Part shown: positions 12,628 to 25,600 of the stretch, one piece after another
How positions within the stretch are numbered: the first letter of the stretch is position 1
How the letters are laid out: each line of letters starts with the position of its first letter
Assembly (NCBI RefSeq): GCF_009914755.1
Contig: NC_060940.1
Direction: 5' to 3' (one strand)
Length of the DNA: 64,000 nt
Source: the human T2T-CHM13v2.0 reference genome, Homo sapiens
Notes under the pieces: model-generated
What the model saw: the letters and a program-made list of their open reading frames with translations, nothing else
Told to the model about the DNA's origin: nothing
Database searches by the model: none
Position numbers and translations under genes: made by a program

Positions 12628-15600
12628 TCAACGATGATTTGATTCGTTTCCATTCGATGATTCCATTTGATTCCACTTGATGATGATTCCATTCGAGTCC
12701 ATTTGATGATTCCATTCGAGTCTATTTATGTATTATATTCGTGTCCACTTCATGATTCCATTCAATTCCATTTAATGTTGATTCCATTTGATTCCATTTG
12801 ATGATTCAGTTCGATTCCTTGCAATGATTCCCTATGATTCCTTTTTCTGATGATTCCATTCGATTCCATTCATTGATGATTTCATTCGACTCCATTCGAT
12901 GATGATTCCTTTCGATTCCATTTGACGATGTTTCCATTCGAGTCCATTCGATGATGATTCTATTCAATTGTGTTCTATTATGATTCCATTCGATTTCATT
13001 CAATGCTTCTATTTGATTCCATTCGATGATGATTCCATCTCTTTCCCTTCGATGATTCCATTTGATTCCATTCAGTGATGATTCCATTTGATTCCATCTG
13101 ATGATGATTTCACTTGATTCCTTTCAATGATGATTCAATTCAAGTCCATTCGATGATTCCATTGGAGTCCAAACGATCATTCCGTTCGATTCCATTCAAT
13201 GGTGATTCCATTCATGTCCATTCGATGAATCCATTCAATTCCATTCGATGATGACTCCATTCGAGTACATTCGATGATTCCATTTGATTCCATTGGAAGA
13301 TGATTCCATTCAATTCCATTCGAAGATGATTCCATTCAATTCCATTCGATGATGATTCCGTATGAATCCATTCTCTGATTATACCATTCGATTCCATTCA
13401 TTGACGATTCCATTCAATTCCATTCAATGATGATTCTCTTCTATTCCATTCGATGATTCCGGTCGATTCCATTCGATGATGATTCCATTAGATTCCATTC
13501 GATTGTTGCATTCGATTCCCTTCGATGATGATTCCTTTGAATTCCATTCGATTATCATTCCGTATGAATCCATTTGATGATTATTCCATTGGATTCCTTT
13601 CGATGATGATTCCATTCGATTCCATTTGATGATGTTTCTCTTGTATTCCATTGGATAATTCCTTTCCGTTCCCTTCGATGATTATTCTTTCGAGTCAATT
13701 CGATGATTCTATTCCATTCCCTTCGATGATGATTCCATTTCACTCCATTTGATGATTCCATTCGACTCAATTTGGTGATGATTCAATTCGATGACATTCG
13801 ATGACTCCATTCAATTTCATTTGATGATGATTACATTCGAGTCCATTTGATGATTGTATTCCTTTCCTTTTGATGATTATTCCATTCGTGTCTATTCAAA
13901 GGTTCCATTCTATTCCATTCAATGATGATTGCATTTGATTCCATTCAATGATTATGGCTATCGATTCCACTCGTTGATTCCATTTGATTCCGTTCGATGA
14001 TTATTCCGTTAGATTCCATTAGAAGATTCCATTCGATTTTATTCAATGATTCCAATGGATTCCATTCAATGATGATTCCATTCGACTCCATTCAGTGATT
14101 CCATTCGAGTCCATTTGATGATTCCATTCTTTTCCATTTGATGATGATTCCATTAGGGTCCATTCAATGATTCCATTCGAGTCCATTCGTTAATGCCTTT
14201 CGAGTCCTTTTGATCACTACATTCGAGTCCATTCAATGATTCTATTCGATTCCATTCCATGATGATTCCATTCGAGTTCATTCGATGATTGCATTCGAGT
14301 CCATTTGATGATTCCATATGATTCCATTCGACAATGATTCCATTCGTGTCCATTTGATGATTCCATTCATTTCCTATCGATGAAGATTCCATTCAAGTGT
14401 ATTCGATGATTCCATTCAAATCCATTCGATGATGATTCCATTCCAGTCCATTCGATCATTCCACTTGATTCCATTTGATGACTATTCCATTCAAATCCAT
14501 TTGATGATTCCATTCGATTCCATTCGATGTTACCATTCGAGTATATACGATGATTCCACTCGATTCCATTTGATGATTATTCCATTGGAGTCCACTTAGT
14601 GAATCCTTTAGATTCTACTCGAAGATGATTCCATTCGAGTCCATTCGATGATACCATTCAATTCCATTCGTTGATGCTTCCATTCAAGTGCATTCAATGA
14701 TATCATTCGATTCCATTTGATGATAATTCCATTTGATTCCATGCGATGATTCTATTCGATTCCATTCAATGATAATTCCATTCAATTCAGTGATTCCTCT
14801 GGACTCCATTTGATGATGATTCCATTCAATGATTCCATTCGATTCTATTCGAAAATGATTCCATTTGAATCCATTTGATGATGATTCCATTGGATTCAAT
14901 TTGATGATTCCATTCGATTCCATTCGATGATGATTCCATTCGATTCCTTTTGATGAATCCATTCTATTGTATTCGATGATGATTCCATTCGATTCCATTC
15001 GATGATGATTGGATTCGATTCCATTTGATGATTTCATTTGATTCCATTCGATAATGATTTCGATCAATTCCATTCGATGATTCCATTCGATTCCATTCGA
15101 TAATGATTACATCCGAGTCCATTCGATGATTCCATTTGAGCCCGTTCGATAATTCCATTTGAGTCCAATCAATGATTCCATTCATTTCCATTCAATGATT
15201 CCATTCGAGTCCATTTGATCATTCCGGTAGGGTCCGTTCGATGTTGATTCCATTGGAGTGCATTCGATGATTCCATTCGAGTCCATTTTAGGATTTGATT
15301 CGAGTCCTTTCGATGATTCCATTCGATTCCACTCGATGATTTCATTCGAGTCCATTCGACACTTCCAATCGATTCCATTTGATGTTTCCATTCGATTCCA
15401 ATTGATGATTCCATTCAATTCCATTCGATGATGATTCCGTACGATTCCATTCTGTGATGATTCCATGTGATTGCATTCAATGATGATTCCTTTCGATTGC
15501 ATTCGATTATGATTCATTTCGTGTTCATTCTATGGTTCCACAGGTTTCCATTCGATGATGTTTCCATTCGTGTCCATTCCATTATTCCATTCTATTCCAT

Positions 15601-16682
15601 TTGAAGATGATTCCATTCGATTCCATTCATTGGTGATTCCACTCAATTCCATTCAATGATTCCATTCCATTTCTTTCAACAATGATTCCATTAGTTTCTA
15701 TTCGATGATCCACTTGATTCCATTTGACGATGATTCCATTCGTGTCCATTCGATGATTCCATTTGATTCCATATGATGATGATTCCATTCGATTCCATAC
15801 GATGATGATTCCATTCGAGTCCATTCAATGGTGATTCCATTCAATTCCATTCGATGATTCCTTTCGATGCCATTCAATGATGATGGCATTCGATTCCTTT
15901 CGATCATTCCCTTTGATTCCATTCAAAGGTGATTTCATTCAAGTCCATTCGATAATTGCATTCGATTCCATTCTATGATGATTCCATTCGAGTCCATTTG
16001 ATGATTCCATTCAATTCAAGTCAATGATGATTCCATTCGATTCCACTCGATGATTCCATTGGATTCCATTCGATGATGATTCCATTCAAATCCATTCGAT
16101 AATTCAATTCAAGTCCATTCGATGATGATTCCAATCGAATCCATTCAAAGATTCCACTCCATTCCATTCGATGATGATTCCCTTAGATTCCATTCGATGA
16201 TTCCACTTGATTCCATTTACGATGATTCCATTCGATTCCATGTGATGATTCCATTCAATTCTATTTAATGATGTTTCCACTTGATTCCATTCGAACATGA
16301 TTGCCTTTGATTCCATTCAATGATTCCATACGGTTCCATTTGATGATGATTCCATTCGAGTGCATTAGATGATTCCATTCGAGTCCATTCGATGATTCCA
16401 TTCGATTCCATTCGATGTTGATTCTGTTCAAATCCATTCGATGATTCCACTCGATTCCATTCGATGACTCCATTTGATCCCATTCGATGATTTCCTTTGA
16501 TTCCCTTTGATGATCATTCCATTTGATTCAATTCGGTGATTTCATTTGATTCCATTCAGTGATGTTTCCATACAACTCCTTTCGATGATGATTCCATTCG
16601 AATCCATTCGATTATGATTTCATTCAATTCCATTCGATAATGATTCCCTTCAAGTCCATTCGATGATTCCATTCGATTCCAT
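12628..16682 (+). repeat. 4,055-bp variant unit containing non-canonical module X
   Basis: Anchors at 12628 and 16683. Module X (12718-~14549) replaces about 3.8 kb of the canonical unit. Also carries a 3-bp and a 72-bp deletion. Confidence 0.82.
12718..14549 (+). repeat. Module X, copy 2 (~1.83 kb)
   Basis: Same markers as copy 1 at offsets 12206, 12202 and 12179. Rejoins canonical sequence after GTATATACGATG. Confidence 0.82.
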
Positions 16683-19600
16683 TCAACGATGATTTGATTC
16701 GTGTCCATTCGATGATTCCATTTGATTCCATTTGATGATGATTCCATTCGAGTCCCTTTGATGATTCCATTCAATTCCATTCTCCGATGATTTCTTTTGA
16801 GCCCATTCAATGCTTCCACTCGATTCCATATGATGATGACTCCATTTGATGAAATTCCATGATGATTCCATTCGCTTGCATTCGATGATGATTCCACTTG
16901 AGTCCGTTAGAAGATTCTATTCAATTACATTCCATGACGATTCCGTTCGAGTCCATTTGATGATTCCATTAGACTCCATTCGACGATGATTCCATTCGAT
17001 GTTATTCGATGATGATTCCATTCAACTCCATTCGATGTTTCCATTCGAGTTCATTCTATTATTCCATTAGATTCCATTCGATGATGATTCCATTCGATTC
17101 CATTTGATGATTGCATTCTATTTCATTTGATGATGATTCCATTCGAGTCCATTCGATGATTCCATTCGAGTCCATTTAATGAATCCATTGGTTTCAATTC
17201 TATGATGATTACATTGGATTCCATTCGTTGATGATTTCATTCGATTCCATTCAATGATGATTCCATTCAATTCCATTCAATGATTCCATTCAATTCCATA
17301 CGATGATGATTCCATTTGATTTGATTCGACAGTGAGCCATTCGATTCAATTCCATGATGATTCTATTTGATTCAATTGGTTGACATTTCCATTCGATTCC
17401 ATTCGATGATGATTCCCTTTGATTCCATTCAAAGATGATTCCATTCTAGCCCATTCAATCATTCCATTCGATTCTATTCAATGATGATTCCATTCATGTC
17501 GATTTGGTGATTCCATTTGACTTCATTTGATGATGATTCCTTTCAAGTTCATTAGATGATTCCATTCGATTCCATTTGATGATGATCCCATTCGAGTCCA
17601 TTCAGTGATTCCACTCGTTTCCATTCCATGATGATTCCATTCCATTCCATTCAATGATTCCATTCGATTCCGTTTGATGATGATTTCATTCGAGTCCATT
17701 TGATGATTCCATTTGATTCCATTCGATGATGATTACATTCGAGTCCATACGATGATTCCACTCAATTCCATATGATGATGATTCCATTCGATTCCATTCG
17801 ATGATTCCATTCTATTCTATTCAATGGTGATTCCATTCGAGTACATTAGATGATTCCATTCGATTCCATTCAATGATGATTCTATTTGTGTCCCTTAGAT
17901 GGTTCCACATGATTCCATTTCATGATGATACTATTTGAGCCCATCCAATGATTCCCTTCGATTCCATTCGATGAGGATTCCATTCGATTCAATTCATTGG
18001 TGATTCTATTCAATTCAATTCTTTGATTCCATTCCATTCCATTCGACAACGATTCCATTCGATTTCTTTCGATGATTCCACTCGATTCCACTTGACATTG
18101 ATTCCATTCGATTCCATTCAATGATTCCGTTTGATTCCAGTGGATGATGATTGCCATCGATTCCATTCGATCACTCCATTCTATTCCATTTGATGATGAT
18201 TACATTCGATTCCATTTGATGATTCCATCTGATTCTATTCGAGGATTCCATTTGATTCCATTCGATGATGATTCCATTCGAGTGCATTCGATGATTTCAT
18301 TCGAGTACATCCAATGATTCCATTCGAGTCCATTTGATGATTCCATTTAATTCCATTTGATTATGATTCTACTAGAGTCCATTCAATGACTCCATTCGAA
18401 TCCATTCAACAATTCCATTCGAGGCCATTCGATGATTCCATTTCATGATTCCATTCGAGTCCATTTAATCATTACAGTCGAGTCCATTTGGTGATTCCAC
18501 TGGATTTCTTTTGATAATGATACCATTCAATTACATTTGATGATGATCCCATTCAATTTCATTTGATGGTGATTCCATTAGAGTCCATTCGATGATTTCA
18601 TTCGAGTCCCTTCATTGATTCCATCCGATTTCATTGGATGATGACTCCATTCGAGTCCATTCGATGATTCCACTCGATTCCATTAGATGACTCCATTGGA
18701 GTCCATTTGATTGTTCCATTCGATTCTATTCGATTCCTTTCGAAGATTATTCCATTTGAGTCCATTCGATGATGATTCCATTCCATTCCATTCGATGATT
18801 CCGTTTGATTCCATTCGATGATTCCCTTCGATTCCTTTCTTTGATGATTCCATTCTATTCCATTCAATGATTCCATTCGAATCTATTCCATGATGATTCC
18901 TTTCGATTCCATTCGCTGATGTTTCCGTTCAATTCCATTCGATGATGATTCCATTCGATTCCATTCATTGAGGATTCCATTTGATTCCATTCAATGATGA
19001 TTCCATTCTATTCCATTCAATGATTGCATTCAATTCCATTCAATGATTATCCCATTAGAGTAAACTCAACGATTCCATTCAATACCATTCGATGATGATT
19101 CCTTTTGAGTCCATTCAATGATTTCATTCAAGTCCATTTGATGATTCCTTTCAATTCCATTCTATGATGATTCCATTCGAGTCCATTCGATGATTCCATT
19201 CGATTGCATTCGATGATTCCATTATATTCCATTCAACAATGATTCCATTCGAGTCCATTCGATGATTCCATTAGAGTACATTTAATGATTGCTTTGTTTT
19301 CAATTCGAAGATGATTACATTGGATTCCATTCTATGATACCATTCGATTCCATTCAATGATGATTCCACTCAAATCCATTGGATGATTCCATTCGTGTCC
19401 ATTCGGTGATTTCATTAGATTCCATTCGAGGATGATTCCATTCGATTCCATTTGATGATTCCATTCAATTCCATTCGATGATGATTCCATTCCAGTCCAT
19501 ATGATCATTCCGTTTGATTTCATTCGATGATGATTCCATTCGATTCCATTCGATGATTCCATTCTATTCCATTCGATGATGATTCCATTCGAGTCCATTC

Positions 19601-22600
19601 GATGATTCCATTCGAGTCCATTTAATGATTCCATTGGGTTCAATTCAATGATGATTACATTGGATTCCGTTCTATGATTCCATTCAATTCCGTTCATTGA
19701 CAATTTGATTCCATTCGATGATGATTCCATTTGAGTTCATTCGATGATTCTATTCGATTCTCTTCGATGGTGATTCAATTCTATTATACTGGATGATTCC
19801 ATTCGATTCCATTTGATGTTGATTCAATTCGATTCTATTCGATGATGATTCCATTGGATTTCACTTGATGATTCTATTCGATTCCATTCAATGATGATTC
19901 ACTTCTCGTCCATTGGATGATTCCATTTCATTCCATTCGATGATGATTCCACTCGATTCCATTCGATGATTCCATTTGATTCCATGCGACGGTGAGCAAT
20001 TCGATTCAATTCCATGATGATTCTATTTGATTCAATTAGATGATGTTTCCATTCGAATCCATTCCATGATTATTCCATTGGAATCCATTTGGCGATGATT
20101 CCATATGAGTCAATTCAATGATGATTCCATATGGGTCCGTTCGATGATAATTCCATTTGATTTCATTCGATGCTTCTATTCTATTCCAGTCGATGATGAT
20201 TCCGTTGGAATCCATACGATGATTCCATTTGATTTCATTTGATGATGATTCCATTCGATGATGATTACATTGGATTCCATTCTATGATTCCATTCAATTC
20301 CATTCGTTGATGATTCGATTCCATTCAATGATGATTCCATTTGAGTTCATTCGATGATTCTATTCGATTCCGTTCGATGGTGATTCAATTCTATTATATT
20401 GGATGATTCCACTCGATTCCATTTGATGATTATTCCATTGGAGTCCACTTAGTGAATCCTTTAAATTCTACTCGACGATGATTCCATTCGAGTCCATTCA
20501 ATGATACCATTCAATTTCATTCGTTGATGCTTCCATTCAAGTGCATTCGATGATATCATTCGATTCCATTTGATGATAATTCCATTTGATTCCGTGCGAT
20601 GATTCTATTCGATTCCATTCAATGATAATTCCATTCAATTCAGTGATTCCTCTGGACTCCATTTGATGATGATTCCATTCAATGATTCCATTCGATTCTA
20701 TTCCAAAATGATTCCATTTGAATCCATTTGATGATGATTCCATTAGATTCCATTTGATGATTCCATTCGATTGCATTTGACGATGATTCCATTCGATTCC
20801 ATTTGATGATTCCATTCTATTCTATTCGATGATGATTCCATTCGATTCCATTTGATGATGATTGGATTCGATTCCATTTGATGATTTCATTTGATTCCAT
20901 TCGTTAATGATTTCGATCAACTCCATTCGATGATTCCATTTGATTCCATTCGATAATGATTACATCCGAGTCCATTCGATGATTCCATTTGAGCCCGTTC
21001 GATAATTCCATTTGAGTCCAATCAATGATTCCATTCATTTCCATTCAATGATTCCATTCGAGTCCATTTGATCATTCTGGTAGGGTCCGTTCGATGTTGA
21101 TTCCATTGGAGTGCATTCGATGATTCCATTCGAGTCCATTTTATGATTTGATTCGAGTCCTTTCGATGATTCCATTCGATTCCACTCGATGATGATTTCA
21201 TTCGAGTCCATTCGACACTTCCAATCGATTCCATTTGATGTTTCCATTCGAGTCCAATTGATGATTCCATTCAATTCCATTCGATGATGATTCCGTACGA
21301 TTCCATTCTGTGATGATTCCATGTGATTGCATTCCATGATGATTCCTTTCGATTGCATTCGATTATGATTCATTTCGTGTTCATTCTATGGTTCCACAGG
21401 TTACCATTCGATGACCTTTCCGTTCGTGTCCATTCCATTATTCCATTCTATTTCATTTGATGATGATTCCATTCGATTCCATTCATTGGTGATTCCACTC
21501 AATTCCATTCAATGATTCCATTCCATTTCTTTCAACAATGATTCCATTAGTTTCTAATCGATGATCCACTTGATTCCATTTAGCGATGATTCCATTCGTG
21601 TCCATTCGATGATTCCATTTGATTCCATATGATGATGATTCCATTCGATTCCATACCATGATGATTCCATTCGAGTCCACTCAATGGTGATTCCATTCAA
21701 TTCCATTCGATGATTCCTTCCGATTCCATTCGATGATGATGGCATTCGATTCCTTTCAATCATTCCCTTTGATTCCATTCAAAGGTGATTTCATTCAAGT
21801 CCATTCGATAATTGCATTCGATTCCATTCTATGATGATTCCATTCGAGTCCATTTGATGATTCCATTCAATTCTAGTCAATGATGATTCCATTCAATTCC
21901 ACTCGATGATTCCATTGGATTCCATTCGATGATGATTCCATTCAAATCCATTCGATAATTCAATTCAAGTCCATTCGATGATGATTCCAATCGAATCCAT
22001 TCAAAGATTCCATTCAATTCCATTCGATGATGATTCCCTTAGATTCCATTCGATGATTCCACTTGATTCCATTTACGATGATTCCATTCGATTCCATGTG
22101 ATGAATCCATTCAATTCTATTCAATGATGTTTCCATTTGATTCCATTGGACCATGATTGCCTTTGATTCCATTCAATGATTCCATTCGGTTCCATTTGAT
22201 GATGATTCCGTTCGATTCCATTTCATTATTCCATTTGATTCCATTGGATGAGTCCATTCGATTACATTCGATGATTATTCCATTCGAGTGCATTAGATGA
22301 TTGCATTCGAGTCCATTCGATGATTCCATTCGATTCCATTCGATGTTGATTCTGTTCAAATCCATTCGATGATTCCACTCGATTCCAATCGATGACTCCA
22401 TTTGATCCCATTCGATGATTTCCTGTGATTCCCTTTGATGATCATTCTATTTGATTCAATTCGGTGATTTCATTTCATTCCATTCAGTGATGTTTCCATT
22501 CGACTGTATTCGATGATGATTCCATTCGACTCCATTCGATTATGATTTCATTCAATTCCATTCAATAATGATTCCCTTCGAGTCCATTCGATGATTCCAT

Positions 22601-22610
22601 TCGATTCCAT
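16683..22610 (+). repeat. 5,928-bp variant unit (6,131 form minus 23, 170 and 10 bp)
   Basis: Anchors at 16683 and 22611. Deletions seen near 17010 (23 bp), 17733 (170 bp) and 18440 (10 bp). 6131-203=5928. Confidence 0.82.
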
Positions 22611-25600
22611 TCAACGATGATTTGATTCGTTTCCATTCGATGATTCCATTTGATTCCACTTGATGATGATTCCATTCGAGTCCATTTGATGATTCCATTC
22701 GAGTCTATTTATGTATTATATTCGTGTCCACTTCATGATTCCATTCAATTCCATTTAATGTTGATTCCATTTGATTCCATTTGATGATTCAGTTCGATTC
22801 CTTGCAATGATTCCCTACGATTCCTTTCTCTGATGATTCCATTCGATTCCATTCATTGATGATTTCATTCGACTCCATTCGATGATGATTCCTTTCGATT
22901 CCATTTGACGATGTTTCCATTCGAGTCCATTCGATGGTGATTCTATTCAATTCTGTTCTATTATGATTCCATTCGATTTCATTCAATGCTTCTATTTGAT
23001 TCCATTCGATGATGATTCCATCTCTTTCCCTTCGATGATTCCTTTTGATTCCATTCAGTGATGATTCCATTTGATTCCATCTGATGATGATTTCACTTGA
23101 TTCCTTTCAATGATGATTCAATTCAAGTCCATTCGATGATTCCATTGGAGTCCAAACGATCATTCCGTTCGATTCCATTCAATGGTGATTCCATTCATGT
23201 CCATTCGATGAATCCATTCAATTCCATTCGATGATGACTCCATTCGAGTACATTCGATGATTCCATTTGATTCCATTTGAAGATGATTCCATTCAATTCC
23301 ATTCGAAGATGATTCCATTCAATTCCATTCGATGATGATTCCGTATGAATCCATTCTCTGATTATTCCATTCGATTCCATTCATTGACGATTCCATTCAA
23401 TTCCATTCAATGATGATTCTCTTCTATTCCATTCGATGATTCCGGTCGATTCCATTCGATGATGATTCCATTAGATTCCATTCGATTGTTGCATTCGATT
23501 CCCTTCGATGATGATTCCTTTGAATTCCATTCGATTATCATTCCGTATGAATCCATTTGATGATTATTCCATTGGATTCCTTTCGATGATGATTCCATTC
23601 GAGTCCATTCGATGATTCTATTCGAATCCATTTGATGATTTCTTTTGATTATAGTTGTTGATGATTCCTTTGGAGTCCATTCCATGATTCCATTCGATTC
23701 CAATCGATGATGATTCCATTAGTGTCCATTTAATGTTTCCATTTGATTCCAGTCTCTGATGATTACATTCGAGTCCATACGATGATTCCACTCAATTCCA
23801 TATGATGATGATTCCATTCGATTCCATTCGATGATTCCATTCTATTCTATTCAATGGTGATTCCATTCGAGTACATTAGATGATTCCATTCGATTCCATT
23901 CAATGATGATTCTATTTGTGTCCCTTACGTGGTTCCACATGATTCCATTAGATGATGATACTATTTGAGCCCATCCAATGATTCCCTTCGATTCCATTCG
24001 ATGAGGATTCCATTCGATTCAATTCATTGGTGATTCTATTCAATTCAATTCTTTGATTCCATTCCATTCCATTCGACAATGATTCCATTCGATTTCTTTC
24101 GATGATTCCACTCGATTCCACTTGACATTGATTCCATTCGATTCCATTCAATGATTCCGTTTGATTCCAGTGGATGATGATTGCCATCGATTCCATTCGA
24201 TCACTCCATTCTATTCCATTTGATGATGATTACATTCGATTCCATTTGATGATTCCATCTGATTCTATTCGAGGATTCCATTTGATTCCATTCGATGATG
24301 ATTCCATTTGAGTCCATTCGATGATTTCATTCGAGTACATCCAATGATTCCATTCGAGTCCATTTGATGATTCCATTTGATTCCATTTGATTATGATTCT
24401 ACTAGAGTCCATTCAATGACTCCATTCGAATCCATTCAACAATTCCATTCGAGTCCATTCGAAGATTCCATTTGATGGTTCCATTCGAGTCCATTTAATC
24501 ATTACAGTCGAGTCCGTTTGGTGATTCCACCGGATTTCTTTTGATAATGATACCATTCCATTACATTTGATGATGATCCCATTCAATTTCATTTGATGAT
24601 GATTCCATTAGAGTCCATTCAATGATTTCATTCGAGTCCCTTCATTGATTCCATACGATTTCATTGGATGATGACTCCATTCGAGTCCATTCGATGATTC
24701 CACTCGATTCCATTAGATGATTCCATTGGAGTCCATTTGATTGTTCCATTCGATTCCATTCGATTCCTTTCGAAGATTATTCCATTTGAGTCCATTCGAT
24801 GATGTTTCCATTCCATTCCATTCCATTCGATGATTCCGTTTGATTCCATTCGATGATTCCCTTTGATTCCTTTCTATGATGATTCCATTCCATTCCATTC
24901 AATGATTCCATTCGAATCTATTCCATGATGATTCCTTTCGATTCCATTCGCTGATGTTTCCGTTCAATTCCATTCGATGATGATTCCATTTGATTCCATT
25001 CATTGAGGATTCCCTTGGATTCCATTCAATGATGATTCCATTCTATTCCATTCAATGATTGCATTCAATTCCATTCAATGATTATCCCCTTAGAGTAAAC
25101 TCAACGATTCCATTCAATACCATTCGATGATGATTCCTTTTGAGTCCATTCAATGATTTCATTCAAGTCCATTTGATGATTCCTGTCAATTCCATTCTAT
25201 GATGATTCCATTCGAGTCCATTCGATGATTCCATTCGATTGCATTCGAAGATTCCCTTATATTCCATTCAACGATGATTCCATTCGAGTCCATTCGATGA
25301 TTCCATTAGAGTACATTTAATGATTGCTTTGTTTTCAATTCGAAGATGATTACATTGGATTCCATTCTTTGATACCATTCGATTCCATTCAATGATGATT
25401 CCACTCAAATCCATTGGATGATTCCATTCGTGTCCATTCGGTGATTTCATTAGATTCCATTCGAGGATGATTCCATTCGATTCCATTTGATGATTCCATT
25501 CAATTCCATTCGATGATGATTCCATTCCAGTCCATATGATCATTCCATTTGATTTCATTCGATGATGATTCCATTCGATTCCATTCGACGATTCCATTCT

